In this document: in pieces, positions 18,156 to 26,257 of the stretch
Layout: each line of letters opens with the position of its first letter
Numbering within the stretch: the stretch's first letter is position 1
IMG/VR virus record: IMGVR_UViG_3300049167_000227
Coordinates: 1-31,064 of that record
Length of the DNA: 31,064 nucleotides
Direction: 5' to 3' (one strand)
From: a virus
Taxonomy: Duplodnaviria > Caudoviricetes
Translations under genes and position numbers: made by a program
Notes under the pieces: model-generated
Database searches by the model: none
The model's input: the letters and a program-made list of their open reading frames with translations, nothing else
Told to the model about the DNA's origin: nothing

Positions 18156-18755
18156 ATGGCAGGCTCTCAGGACAAGACGGTGGCCGACCACGCCGCCGCG
18201 CTTCAGGCGTTGCTGCCCACAGGCGCCGTGTGGCCGCGGGAAACCGACGCCGGCCTGACCAAGGTTGTCTGGGGCGTGGCCGCTATCGTGGCGCGGGCGC
18301 GCACCCGCGCGCTGGCTCTGATGGTGGATGCATTCCCAGCCACCTCCTATGAGCTGCTGCCCGAGTGGGAAGCGACGCTAGGTCTGCCAGATCCGTGTGC
18401 CGGCGCCGCGCCGACGCTCCAGCTCCGGCGTGCGCAGGTGGTGGCCAGGCTTACGGCGCAGGGCGGGCAGAGCGCCGGATATTACGTCGCGCAGGCTGCA
18501 GCGCTCGGATACACCATCACCATCCGAGAGTATGCGCCCGCCCGAATGGGGGTGATGCGTCTCGGAGACCGGATGCGTGATGCGCAATGGGCCCATGTCT
18601 GGGCCATTCAGGCCCCCCAGACGACCGTCACATCCTTCCGTCTCGGCATGAGCGGGATGGGCGAGCGGTTCCGTTCCTGGGGCAACGATGTCTTGGAGTG
18701 CCAGATGCGCTCCCTCGCCCCCGCCCACACGACCCTTCTTTTCCAATACAGCTAG
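18156..18755 (+). CDS. Baseplate protein DUF2313/YmfQ (Mu gp48-like)
   Basis: LQALLPTG.VW, LLPEWE..LGLPD.C, GGQS..YY...AA.LGY and LEC....LAPAHT motifs. Confidence 0.92.
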   Translation: MAGSQDKTVADHAAALQALLPTGAVWPRETDAGLTKVVWGVAAIVARARTRALALMVDAFPATSYELLPEWEATLGLPDPCAGAAPTLQLRRAQVVARLTAQGGQSAGYYVAQAAALGYTITIREYAPARMGVMRLGDRMRDAQWAHVWAIQAPQTTVTSFRLGMSGMGERFRSWGNDVLECQMRSLAPAHTTLLFQYS

Positions 18756-18764
18756 GAGACGCGC

Positions 18765-19316
18765 ATGAGGCGCCTCGCGAACGGCACGCAGGTCTCTGCG
18801 CTGCCAACCCCGGCTGCTGCCGTGGGCACGCCCGGGTACGGCACCAATGGCGACCCGGGGGGCGGCCAGGAGGCCAGCATCTTTGATGCAACCACGTTCA
18901 ACATCATCCAGGAAGAGATGATGTCGGTCCTGGCTGCGGCCGGGGTCAGCCCGGACAACACGGGCGCGAATGTCGCTCAGCTGCTGGCGGCACTGCGCGC
19001 CATGTTCGGCGGCACCGGCCTCCTTGGCGCCAACGGCTACATGCGCCTGCCCGGCGGACTGATCGTTCAGTGGGGCTACAACGGGACAGAGGTGGGGGGC
19101 AACGTCAACTTTGCCTTCCCGCTCACCTTCCCGAACGCCTGCCATATCGTGCTCGCCATGGAGGCCTCTGCCGATGGATGGGGGCCCGGGTCCTGCCGCG
19201 TCTTCGGATGCAATCTCCGGACGCAGGCCGGAACGATCATCAGTTCGGCTGTCGTTACGGCAGGGGCCGTGACATTCGGCAGCGCGGCATTCTTCTGGAT
19301 CGCTCTGGGGCACTGA
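18765..19316 (+). CDS. Short tail fibre protein
   Basis: N-terminal PGY.TNGDP...A..FNIIQEE baseplate-anchor pattern; C-terminal NGY.RLPGGLIVQWG...FP..FPN domain. Confidence 0.85.
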   Translation: MRRLANGTQVSALPTPAAAVGTPGYGTNGDPGGGQEASIFDATTFNIIQEEMMSVLAAAGVSPDNTGANVAQLLAALRAMFGGTGLLGANGYMRLPGGLIVQWGYNGTEVGGNVNFAFPLTFPNACHIVLAMEASADGWGPGSCRVFGCNLRTQAGTIISSAVVTAGAVTFGSAAFFWIALGH

Positions 19317-19318
19317 AT

Positions 19319-19759
19319 ATGACCGACGAACTTGGACGGAAATACGTCGTCGTTGACGGCGATGGCCGCGCGCTGGCCTTCTATGCCGTCGGCTTCAATC
19401 CGACGATCCCGGCGGATGCTATCCCGATCTCCGATGAGGTCTGGGGCGAATGGTCACAGGCGAGCCAGCGGAAGGTCTGGCGGGACGGCGAGCTTGTGGA
19501 CGCGCCTGCGCCAGCTTCTGGGCCTCCGCCCGTGCCAACCTCCATCACTGCCCGGCAGGCCCGCCTTGCTCTGCTGCAAGCCGATCTGCTGGACAAGGTC
19601 GAGGCTGTGGTTGCTGCAGCTGATCGCTCAGCGCAGATCGAGTGGCAGCACGCCGCGACCATCGAGCGAGGCAGTCCGCTCGTTGCCACCCTTGCAGCGA
19701 AGGTGCCTCTGACGGCGGCGAAGCTGAACGATCTCTTCAAGGCTGGCGCGGCACTCTAG
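19319..19759 (+). CDS. Tail fibre assembly/accessory protein
   Basis: IPADAIPISDE.W and PVP.SITARQARLAL...IEW..A..IER.SP motifs; follows the fibre gene. Confidence 0.7.
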   Translation: MTDELGRKYVVVDGDGRALAFYAVGFNPTIPADAIPISDEVWGEWSQASQRKVWRDGELVDAPAPASGPPPVPTSITARQARLALLQADLLDKVEAVVAAADRSAQIEWQHAATIERGSPLVATLAAKVPLTAAKLNDLFKAGAAL

Positions 19760-19834
19760 CCGCCCCCCCCCAATCCGTCCGCCTGACAACCGCGCGCCTC
19801 CGGGCTGCGCGGCGCTCCCGTATGCGAGGTGCTC

Positions 19835-22213
19835 ATGACCGTTGTTTCGGCCGACCTCGGGCTGCTGCCCGACGCTGATGTGCTGCGTCCGCGCGTCTGG
19901 ATCGGAGACACTCTGGTCGTCCGGGTCCAGTTCCGCGACGAGGCGCGCAAGCCGAGCGAGCCGCCCGGGCCGGTGGTGTTCCTCTGGAAGTCGCCCAGCA
20001 ACGTGGTGCTGGAACTGCCGGGCGTCGCTGTCGCCGGGAAGGTGGGCGCCTACAACTGCGAGTACCAGGTGCCGACGACCGGGCTCTGGGCTGTGCGAGC
20101 TGACGGCGGCGACGGGCAGCCCCTGGAATGGACCGAGGTCACAGTCGTGCCGGAGCCACCGGTGGGCTCCATCCCGCAGCAGTCCATCTGGCTGAGTGCG
20201 GTTGGCGTGGCCGCGGTCTCCACGCGGGGCACCCACCTGGCCGGCGCCACGATCCCGCAGTTCCCGGCCAAGGCCACGCTCGAGGCCACCGACACCATCC
20301 CAGGCGTCGACGCCGACGGGAACAGCGTGCGGCTGCCGGGCAACGCAGTGATCGACGCCGCCCTCGCGACCGTCACCCCCGCCGTCGAACAAGTCACCCA
20401 AACCGCCGCGACCGTCGCCACCCAGGCGGGGGAGGTTGCGGGGAACGCGCAGGCGGCGCAGGAGGCGGCGGAGGCGGCCACAGGAAAGGCGGCGGAGGCA
20501 GTAGCCGCCGCCATCCAGGCCGAGGGCATCGCGAACGGCCTCACCATCCGCACCGACGTGCCGGGCTGGTCGCTGGCGCTGGTGGATCAGTACAGCGACC
20601 TGGCGGGCGGCCTCACTGCGGATGGGCGCACACTCTCACTCGGCGGGCTGAGCAACACCCTCTTGCCGGACAACAGAACCGGGCGCCTCTCGACGGTGGA
20701 TGGCGCGACGGCGCTTGATCTGGCCGACGGCAGCCTGAAGGTTACGGGCCCAAACGGCACAGGGCTCGGGCTGGCAAACGTCCCTACGGACAGCCCCATC
20801 CGTTTCGCCGTGGTGGACGAGTTCGACAACATCGGCTTCTACGACAGCCAAGTGTCGTCCGAGTTCACCACGGCCCAGCTCGGTATCATCGACAGCCGGG
20901 CCGATGCGCGGATCACCGTGGCAGCCGAGGCGGCGAAGCTTCCCGACCCGCGGCGCATGTGCGTGGTGGGTGACAGCATCACGCAGTACGGACTGGCCTC
21001 CGCATCCGTCGCTGGCCTCGTCGGCACGGGCAATCAAGGGTACTCGGGCTGGCTGCCGATGCTGCTGCGGCGGCGGGTGGAACTGCTCATCGCGGACAAC
21101 TACGGCGTGGCCGGCAATCGCTCCGAACAGATGCTAGGCCGGGCCGCAACCGCCGCTGCGATACGGTGCGGCTGGGCCCTGATCCTGGCCGGCACGAACG
21201 ACCTGAACCAGGATATCCCGATCGGGACGTGCCTGGAGAACATCAAAACCATGGCGCGCGGCTTCCTGGCGGCAGGGGCGCAGGTCATCCTGGTGCCGGT
21301 TCCGCCGCGCACCGACACACTGTCCAACGGCGGCAATGATCTCCGCCCGCTGCAGGCGTCGCTCAACGCGCAGATCAAGGCGTTCGCGATGGCCACGCGC
21401 GGCATCCGCTACGCCGACTGGACGGCGCGGACGGTCGACCCGGTGACGGGTCTGGCGCGTGCCGGCTTCTTGCTGGATGCGGTCCACCCAGGCCCGACCG
21501 GCGCCTTCCACATGGCGCGGACGGTCGCCGACCTGATGCTTCCGCTGATCCCAACAGAGGAGCCGTTGCTTCTTGGGGCCGATGTGAACGAGGCCTGGAG
21601 CGCGCAAAACCCCTGGGGCAATAAGCTCGCGAACGGCTCGCTTGCGGGTACGGGCGGCGCGCTGGGTGCTGGCATGGCGGGCTCGGTGCCAACCGGCTGG
21701 ACCGCGGCAGTATCGGTCGCGCCGACCTCCGGCAGCATCACCTGGTCCAAGGAGGCACGGTCCGATGGGCTGCCGGGCGAGCGCACGCGCCTGGTTCTCG
21801 CCGCCCATAAGGCCGCTTCGGTCGCGCAGATCACCATGACCCAGGAGGTGCCGCTCTCGGGCGGCAGTTATGCCCCGGGCGATGTGGTGCGACTGGTCTG
21901 CGAGATGGAAGTGGCCGCCGGCACGCAGAACATCCATGCCGTGTCCCTGCTGCTGCTGGAGGACAATGGCGCCTCAGTCGTGACGTACATCGACCAGTGC
22001 CATTCCAGCATCACGAGCGCCGCCGCGTCCAAGATGCTGCCGTCGGAAGGCTACTCCGGCGTGCTGGCGACTGACCCCCTCACAATCCGCGCCACCTCTG
22101 GTGGCACGCCCAAGCTGACGGCGCAGATCTCCGTCTGGGCCAACGGCACCGCCTCCGCCGGCGCCACCCTATCCGCGGCCTTCAGCCGCTTCTCTCTCCG
22201 AAAGGTCGCATGA
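19835..22213 (+). CDS. Tail-associated protein with SGNH/GDSL hydrolase domain
   Basis: SGNH blocks VVGDSIT, NYGVAG, LAGTND and DAVHP; N-terminal beta-rich adaptor-like domain, Ala-rich stalk and C-terminal beta-sandwich-like region. Start ATG 19835 or GTG 19829. Confidence 0.85.
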   Translation: MTVVSADLGLLPDADVLRPRVWIGDTLVVRVQFRDEARKPSEPPGPVVFLWKSPSNVVLELPGVAVAGKVGAYNCEYQVPTTGLWAVRADGGDGQPLEWTEVTVVPEPPVGSIPQQSIWLSAVGVAAVSTRGTHLAGATIPQFPAKATLEATDTIPGVDADGNSVRLPGNAVIDAALATVTPAVEQVTQTAATVATQAGEVAGNAQAAQEAAEAATGKAAEAVAAAIQAEGIANGLTIRTDVPGWSLALVDQYSDLAGGLTADGRTLSLGGLSNTLLPDNRTGRLSTVDGATALDLADGSLKVTGPNGTGLGLANVPTDSPIRFAVVDEFDNIGFYDSQVSSEFTTAQLGIIDSRADARITVAAEAAKLPDPRRMCVVGDSITQYGLASASVAGLVGTGNQGYSGWLPMLLRRRVELLIADNYGVAGNRSEQMLGRAATAAAIRCGWALILAGTNDLNQDIPIGTCLENIKTMARGFLAAGAQVILVPVPPRTDTLSNGGNDLRPLQASLNAQIKAFAMATRGIRYADWTARTVDPVTGLARAGFLLDAVHPGPTGAFHMARTVADLMLPLIPTEEPLLLGADVNEAWSAQNPWGNKLANGSLAGTGGALGAGMAGSVPTGWTAAVSVAPTSGSITWSKEARSDGLPGERTRLVLAAHKAASVAQITMTQEVPLSGGSYAPGDVVRLVCEMEVAAGTQNIHAVSLLLLEDNGASVVTYIDQCHSSITSAAASKMLPSEGYSGVLATDPLTIRATSGGTPKLTAQISVWANGTASAGATLSAAFSRFSLRKVA

Positions 22214-22998
22214 TGGCCGCTCTCGTGATGCGTGCCCCGACGGGGGTGTCCTATGCCGCCCTCGGGCGGGGGAAACTCTTGCCGGTGACAGACGGGCTGG
22301 AGGGCATGTGGCTGCTGGGAGGCGATCCCGCACAGCAGGCGGCCGGGCTCGCCGCTTCGGTCGTGAACCAGAAGCCGGGCGGCGCGCCGGCAACGCTGGT
22401 CGGGACGCCGATCGTCGGCGCCGGTTACGTCGAGTGCACATCCAGCACCAACTTTCTGCAGACGAGCATCATCCAGGCCAACGCGATGACCGCCATCTGG
22501 GTCATGCGGGCGCCGTCGGACGTGGTGTGGAACAGCGCGTCCACGACGGGGCCGATCGCCGTCTCCAATTATCACGGCACGCGCGGCGGCATCCTGGCCT
22601 GGGTCTATTCGGGCACAGCCCCACTCGCTCAGGCCAAGATGCACGCAAGCGCAGTGCGGACGGGCGGTGCGCTACTGCACCGCGCGCAGGCCGCGGACTA
22701 CGACCAGCGCCAGTTCCGCGCCTATGCTGCGACATGGGTCGCCGATCCTGGCGCGGGCGTCACTCTATGGGACCTGACGGCGGGGACGCCTTCTGTCTTC
22801 ACAGCGGCGGCCGACGGGCTCCGGGTCAATACGACCGACGCCTACCGCATCGGCTCCAGCGCCGCCGGGAATTCCGGCCGGGCGCAGATCGCCGCGGTCG
22901 CGCTGCACTCCAAGGCGCTCGACTACACCACGCAGATCCTGCCGGCCTATGCCTGGCTGAAGGACTACCTTTCGCGGCGGTGGGGGATTGCGGTTTGA
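22210..22998 (+). CDS. Beta-rich hypothetical protein, possible ConA/LamG-like lectin fold
   Basis: ATGA-coupled to the SGNH gene; ends RIG....G.AQIAAVALHSKAL, like LamG-type C-termini (fold is inference). Confidence 0.55.
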   Translation: MMAALVMRAPTGVSYAALGRGKLLPVTDGLEGMWLLGGDPAQQAAGLAASVVNQKPGGAPATLVGTPIVGAGYVECTSSTNFLQTSIIQANAMTAIWVMRAPSDVVWNSASTTGPIAVSNYHGTRGGILAWVYSGTAPLAQAKMHASAVRTGGALLHRAQAADYDQRQFRAYAATWVADPGAGVTLWDLTAGTPSVFTAAADGLRVNTTDAYRIGSSAAGNSGRAQIAAVALHSKALDYTTQILPAYAWLKDYLSRRWGIAV

Positions 22999-23073
22999 GC
23001 GCGGGCTGACGAATGCCACAGGGGCGAATGGTTTGATGCCGCGCGTGGCACGAACGGTGGTGGGGGATAGGGG

Positions 23074-23754
23074 ATGCCTCTAAGGGGCGGCGCCGCGGCG
23101 CCCAAGGCGGAGATCGACATCGCGGCAGCGATCCAGCAGCTCACGGCGCAGGTCACTGAACTCGCCAAGGACACGGCCGCCGCAAAACAGCAGGCCCACG
23201 ACGTGAAGGGCTACCAGCAGCAGCGCATCGCCGTTGAGCACCTGGCATCGCGCCAGCAGAACGGCGGGGCACCCACCAGTGACGTACCCGTCTGGCTCAA
23301 GATCGTCGGCGCTGTCGGCGGTGTGGTGGTGGCCGGGTTAACGGTCCTCGGCATCGTCTGGAACCTAGCAATCACACCGGTTAACGCCCGCATCGACCTG
23401 CAAGACCGGTTCCGGGCGGAGACGACTGCCGCCCTCACGTCGCTGGTCAATCGCCTTCAAGCCGCCGAGGCGAAGCAGGTCCAGGTCGAGACGAGCCTTT
23501 CCACCGCGACCACCCTGCGCACGCAGCAGCAACAGGGCTTGTCTGATCGGGTGCGGGCGCTGGAGTTGGCAGATCAGGCAGGCACCGAACGCATCGCCCA
23601 GCTTGCGCAGACCATCGCTGGCCTGCTGCCCCGCGTGGAAGAGATCCTGCGGCGGCAAGAGCGGCTAGAGAACAGGTTATCCGGCCCGCTGCCGCGCAAT
23701 GGGATGGATGACGAGACGCCAGCCGTCTTCGCCCCGGCCGAGCGCGAGACCTAA
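23074..23754 (+). CDS. Single-TM coiled-coil membrane protein (lysis-region hypothetical)
   Basis: Hydrophobic VWLKIVGAVGGVVVAGLTVLGIVWNLAI flanked by Q/A/L/E-rich heptads. Confidence 0.75.
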   Translation: MPLRGGAAAPKAEIDIAAAIQQLTAQVTELAKDTAAAKQQAHDVKGYQQQRIAVEHLASRQQNGGAPTSDVPVWLKIVGAVGGVVVAGLTVLGIVWNLAITPVNARIDLQDRFRAETTAALTSLVNRLQAAEAKQVQVETSLSTATTLRTQQQQGLSDRVRALELADQAGTERIAQLAQTIAGLLPRVEEILRRQERLENRLSGPLPRNGMDDETPAVFAPAERET

Positions 23755-23995
23755 CCCGGAGCTTGCTCCGTGCCGCTAGCAGTCAGACCACATTGGACGT
23801 CGTCCAGGCGGTGCAGCCAACCACAGAGCCAAGCTGCGAAGAAAGTAGCTAAACCGCCGCATTGCAGATCCGTCCTCCCCTTGCGTCATGAAGTAGCGCC
23901 ATTCTCGAAACGGGGCGCTCGGGATGTAAGACGGTTCCATGACGGCGGTTGAGCGCCAACTGGTCCACATCGGCAACCAACCTGCGTTACTTCGA

Positions 23996-24253
23996 CTAGG
24001 CAGATCGTTGAAGCTGCTTCGGGAACCGAACCAAGCTGCCGGTATAAAGAGAGGCATGAAGGCCCAGCCGGTTCGCGAGCTTGGCGGCCATCACGACAGA
24101 GTTTGCTCCGGCTGTGGTGCGGTAAGTAACGAGCACGTGCCGTTCGTCCTCGGCAGGTCGATGGTCTGGCAAGCTCTCTATCCCGAGAATGCGAGCAAGC
24201 CCGTTCGTGAGGACGGTAGTTCCATCAGAACCTTCAACTTTCTTTGAAGCCAT
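23996..24253 (-). CDS. Unknown small protein, paralogue C (85 aa)
   Basis: SD AAGGAGG before ATG 24253; aligns with 24357-24560 and 25237-25473. Confidence 0.8.
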   Translation of the reverse strand: MASKKVEGSDGTTVLTNGLARILGIESLPDHRPAEDERHVLVTYRTTAGANSVVMAAKLANRLGLHASLYTGSLVRFPKQLQRSA

Positions 24254-24337
24254 GAGGCCCGCCTCCTTGTGCGAGCCGGACTTGGATGTGGGCAAAGGCT
24301 TCAGCAGACAATCACTCTCATTAACCTCTCGTACTCG

Positions 24338-24356
24338 TAACCCGCCGCCTGGCGGC
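24338..24356. repeat. Cassette-junction repeat TAACCCGCCGCCTGGCGGC (contains GCCGCC-N-GGCGGC palindrome)
   Basis: 18/19 identical to 24628-24646; abuts the stop of paralogue B. Confidence 0.8.
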
Positions 24357-24560
24357 TCAGTCCGGGGGGACAGGTACTGTCCGTTGCCTAGCGTATGCTT
24401 CGTAGAGGCCGAGAGCTTCTGCACGAGCGGGGGAGACTACGACGCTTCGCTCACCCTGGAAGGTCTCGTACTGCACGAACACCACGGTCCGCGATTGAAG
24501 TGGATCGAGCATGGGCAGGACCATAACGAGCCGAGCTTGGCCTGCCTGTAGGGGCTCCAT
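24357..24560 (-). CDS. Unknown small protein, paralogue B (67 aa)
   Basis: SD GGAGG before ATG 24560; shares the Y-x7-SVV-x5-A-x2-LGLY-x8-V-x2-P pattern. Confidence 0.8.
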   Translation of the reverse strand: MEPLQAGQARLVMVLPMLDPLQSRTVVFVQYETFQGERSVVVSPARAEALGLYEAYARQRTVPVPPD

Positions 24561-24627
24561 TCCGCACCTCCAGTTGGTTGCTTGTGCAGAACTTAGCTGC
24601 GCAACCTGAGGTAGCATTAACGAGTGT

Positions 24628-24646
24628 TAACCCGCCGCCCGGCGGC
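24628..24646. repeat. Cassette-junction repeat TAACCCGCCGCCCGGCGGC
   Basis: Second copy, 290 bp from the first; both have CATTAAC a short distance to the left. Confidence 0.8.
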
Positions 24647-24716
24647 GCCGGTCGAAATGCTGTCATCTATCGGTCGGACCAGCGTGGCCTGAGCGAAGCC
24701 GAGGGTGGCTTGCGCC

Positions 24717-25124
24717 TCATCTTTTGCGGTCACTCTCCGCATTGGAGTTCACTTCATCACAGAGCCGAATAAGCTCCGCCCGCTTTTGTTCCATCGTCGC
24801 CCTATAGGACTGGATTTCGCTTATTTCATCCTCTATTGCGCGGACTTCCTTGTCGGCAAGTCGGCCGGACCGGGCATACTGACGGCCTAAGTCTTCCATC
24901 ATGTCAGCCAAACGAAGACGGGCGTTCTGAGAGAACGGAAGAACCGGAAAAAGCACGCCCCAGAGTAGAAATACGCCCCCGGCGTTCAATGTGAGGTTCA
25001 ACCACATCCAAGCTTTGCGAATGCGGTAGCGCAGTCTTTCCCGCTGCCGCCTTTTGTGCCGCTTCTTTTCCGCGTCACGTAGTGCGTCAATCTCGCGCAA
25101 AGTCTTAAGAACGCGCTCGTCCAC
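24717..25124 (-). CDS. Hypothetical single-TM protein (135 aa)
   Basis: GTG start with SD GGAGGG; basic N-terminal helix, hydrophobic WMWLNLTLNAGGVFLLWGVLFPVLPF, C-terminal coiled coil. Confidence 0.7.
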   Translation of the reverse strand: MDERVLKTLREIDALRDAEKKRHKRRQRERLRYRIRKAWMWLNLTLNAGGVFLLWGVLFPVLPFSQNARLRLADMMEDLGRQYARSGRLADKEVRAIEDEISEIQSYRATMEQKRAELIRLCDEVNSNAESDRKR

Positions 25125-25222
25125 CCAGTGACCCTCCGGCGGGAGCAGCAGCAGCTCGCCGCTGAGCCCCTCCCAACTACCACACCTCCACACCCGAAAG
25201 GAACGCGCATGCTCGCGCTGCT

Positions 25223-25237
25223 GCCGCCCGGCGGCTC
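25223..25237. repeat. Third junction palindrome GCCGCCCGGCGGCTC
   Basis: Directly after the stop of paralogue A; an 11-bp partial copy CCCGGCGGCTC lies at 25565-25575. Confidence 0.65.
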
Positions 25238-25473
25238 TACACTCGTGGGATCGGAACCAGATGACCTTCTTGGAGCGCCTCGTAGATCCCGAGCTCCGCC
25301 GCCCGCTCCGAGCTCATGACCACGAAGCTGGAGCGGAACGCCACCCGGTACCGGATGGCCACGAGATGCGACGCATCCAGCCCCGGACCGGAGATCGTCT
25401 CGACACTTAGAATGTGGGCAAGGCCGTTCGACGGCGTCAGTGCTGCGCCATCATCGGTTCCAATACGTGCCAT
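25237..25473 (-). CDS. Unknown small protein, paralogue A (78 aa)
   Basis: NGLAHIL vs NGLARIL of paralogue C; gapless C-terminal alignment with B and C. Confidence 0.8.
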   Translation of the reverse strand: MARIGTDDGAALTPSNGLAHILSVETISGPGLDASHLVAIRYRVAFRSSFVVMSSERAAELGIYEALQEGHLVPIPRV

Positions 25474-25605
25474 GGCACTCACCCGCTCAGAGGCTGGCGG
25501 GCCAATGGGCTGATGCGTCCGCTTCTGCATTCACCTTCGTTAGTCGCTACGTAGCGATCCGACACCCGGCGGCTCCGGGCACCCCTGACAATCTGGAGGA
25601 GACCC

Positions 25606-26247
25606 ATGGCACCAGTAGTGCTGGGGCTGGGCGCGCTCGCCGTGGAGTACGGGCCAAGCCTCGCGCGCTGGATCTTCGGCGATAAGACAGGGGAGACGGC
25701 ACAGCAGGCCGCGGACCTCGTGCAGGCAGTGACCGGCACCAGCGATCCGGCGACGGCTGCGGCCCTCCTGGCAGATCCGGCCAAGGCATCAGATCTGCGC
25801 ATCCGCCTGGCCGAGATCGCGGCCCAACGCGAAGCCGCCGCCGATCAGGCCAGGCTGGAGATCTTCCGGGCGGTGGTGGCGGACGCGGCCAATGCTCGCG
25901 CTGCCTCATCTGCCTTGCCTCTCATCGCACGAGCGCAGGTGACGCTCGCTGCGGTGATCACCCTCATGTTCGGCCTGACCCTGGTCCTGGCCGCCACGCG
26001 CGGCGTGCCTCCTGGCATCGACCTGCTGCTAGGCGCGCTGATCGCCGCCTTCGCCGGTGTGACGGCCTTCTTCTTCGGCAACAGCACCTCGGGGCACACG
26101 GCGAACAACACCCTCGCCGCTCTGGCAGGACGTCCTGCGTCCGCGGCCATCGCCACCACCGGAACCGTCGTGGTGCCCGGCCAGCCTTCCCCTCCTGGCA
26201 CATCGGCAGACGCCCTGATGGCCGCCTTCAACCGCCCCCGCTCATAG
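25606..26247 (+). CDS. Putative holin (3TM/GTA-holin-like)
   Basis: SD GGAGGAG; D..NAR motif followed by two hydrophobic helices ending FFFGNS; upstream of the endolysin. Confidence 0.7.
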   Translation: MAPVVLGLGALAVEYGPSLARWIFGDKTGETAQQAADLVQAVTGTSDPATAAALLADPAKASDLRIRLAEIAAQREAAADQARLEIFRAVVADAANARAASSALPLIARAQVTLAAVITLMFGLTLVLAATRGVPPGIDLLLGALIAAFAGVTAFFFGNSTSGHTANNTLAALAGRPASAAIATTGTVVVPGQPSPPGTSADALMAAFNRPRS

Positions 26248-26257
26248 GAGAGACCCC

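Noticed and set aside
23776-24057. Possible fourth cassette gene
   Set aside because: No similarity to the three paralogues, no SD at the internal ATG (23940), and the longer form overlaps paralogue C; left unannotated.
24617-24631. CtrA box (TTAA-CGAGTG-TTAAC)
   Set aside because: Spacer is 6 nt rather than the canonical 7, and the sister copy lacks the second TTAA; kept only as part of the repeat.
24338-25575. CRISPR array or diversity-generating retroelement
   Set aside because: Repeats are separated by whole genes rather than 30-40 bp spacers; no cas or reverse transcriptase gene and no TR/VR pair seen.
19782-25594. Shared CCTGACAA in the leaders of the SGNH gene and the holin
   Set aside because: Only 8 bp in two places; not enough to call a late regulatory motif.
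23749-25600. Integron attC-type cassette array (ACCTAAC at 23749-23755 fits RYYYAAC)
   Set aside because: No complementary GTTRRRY at attC distance, the repeats lack attC box structure, and there is no integron integrase in the window.
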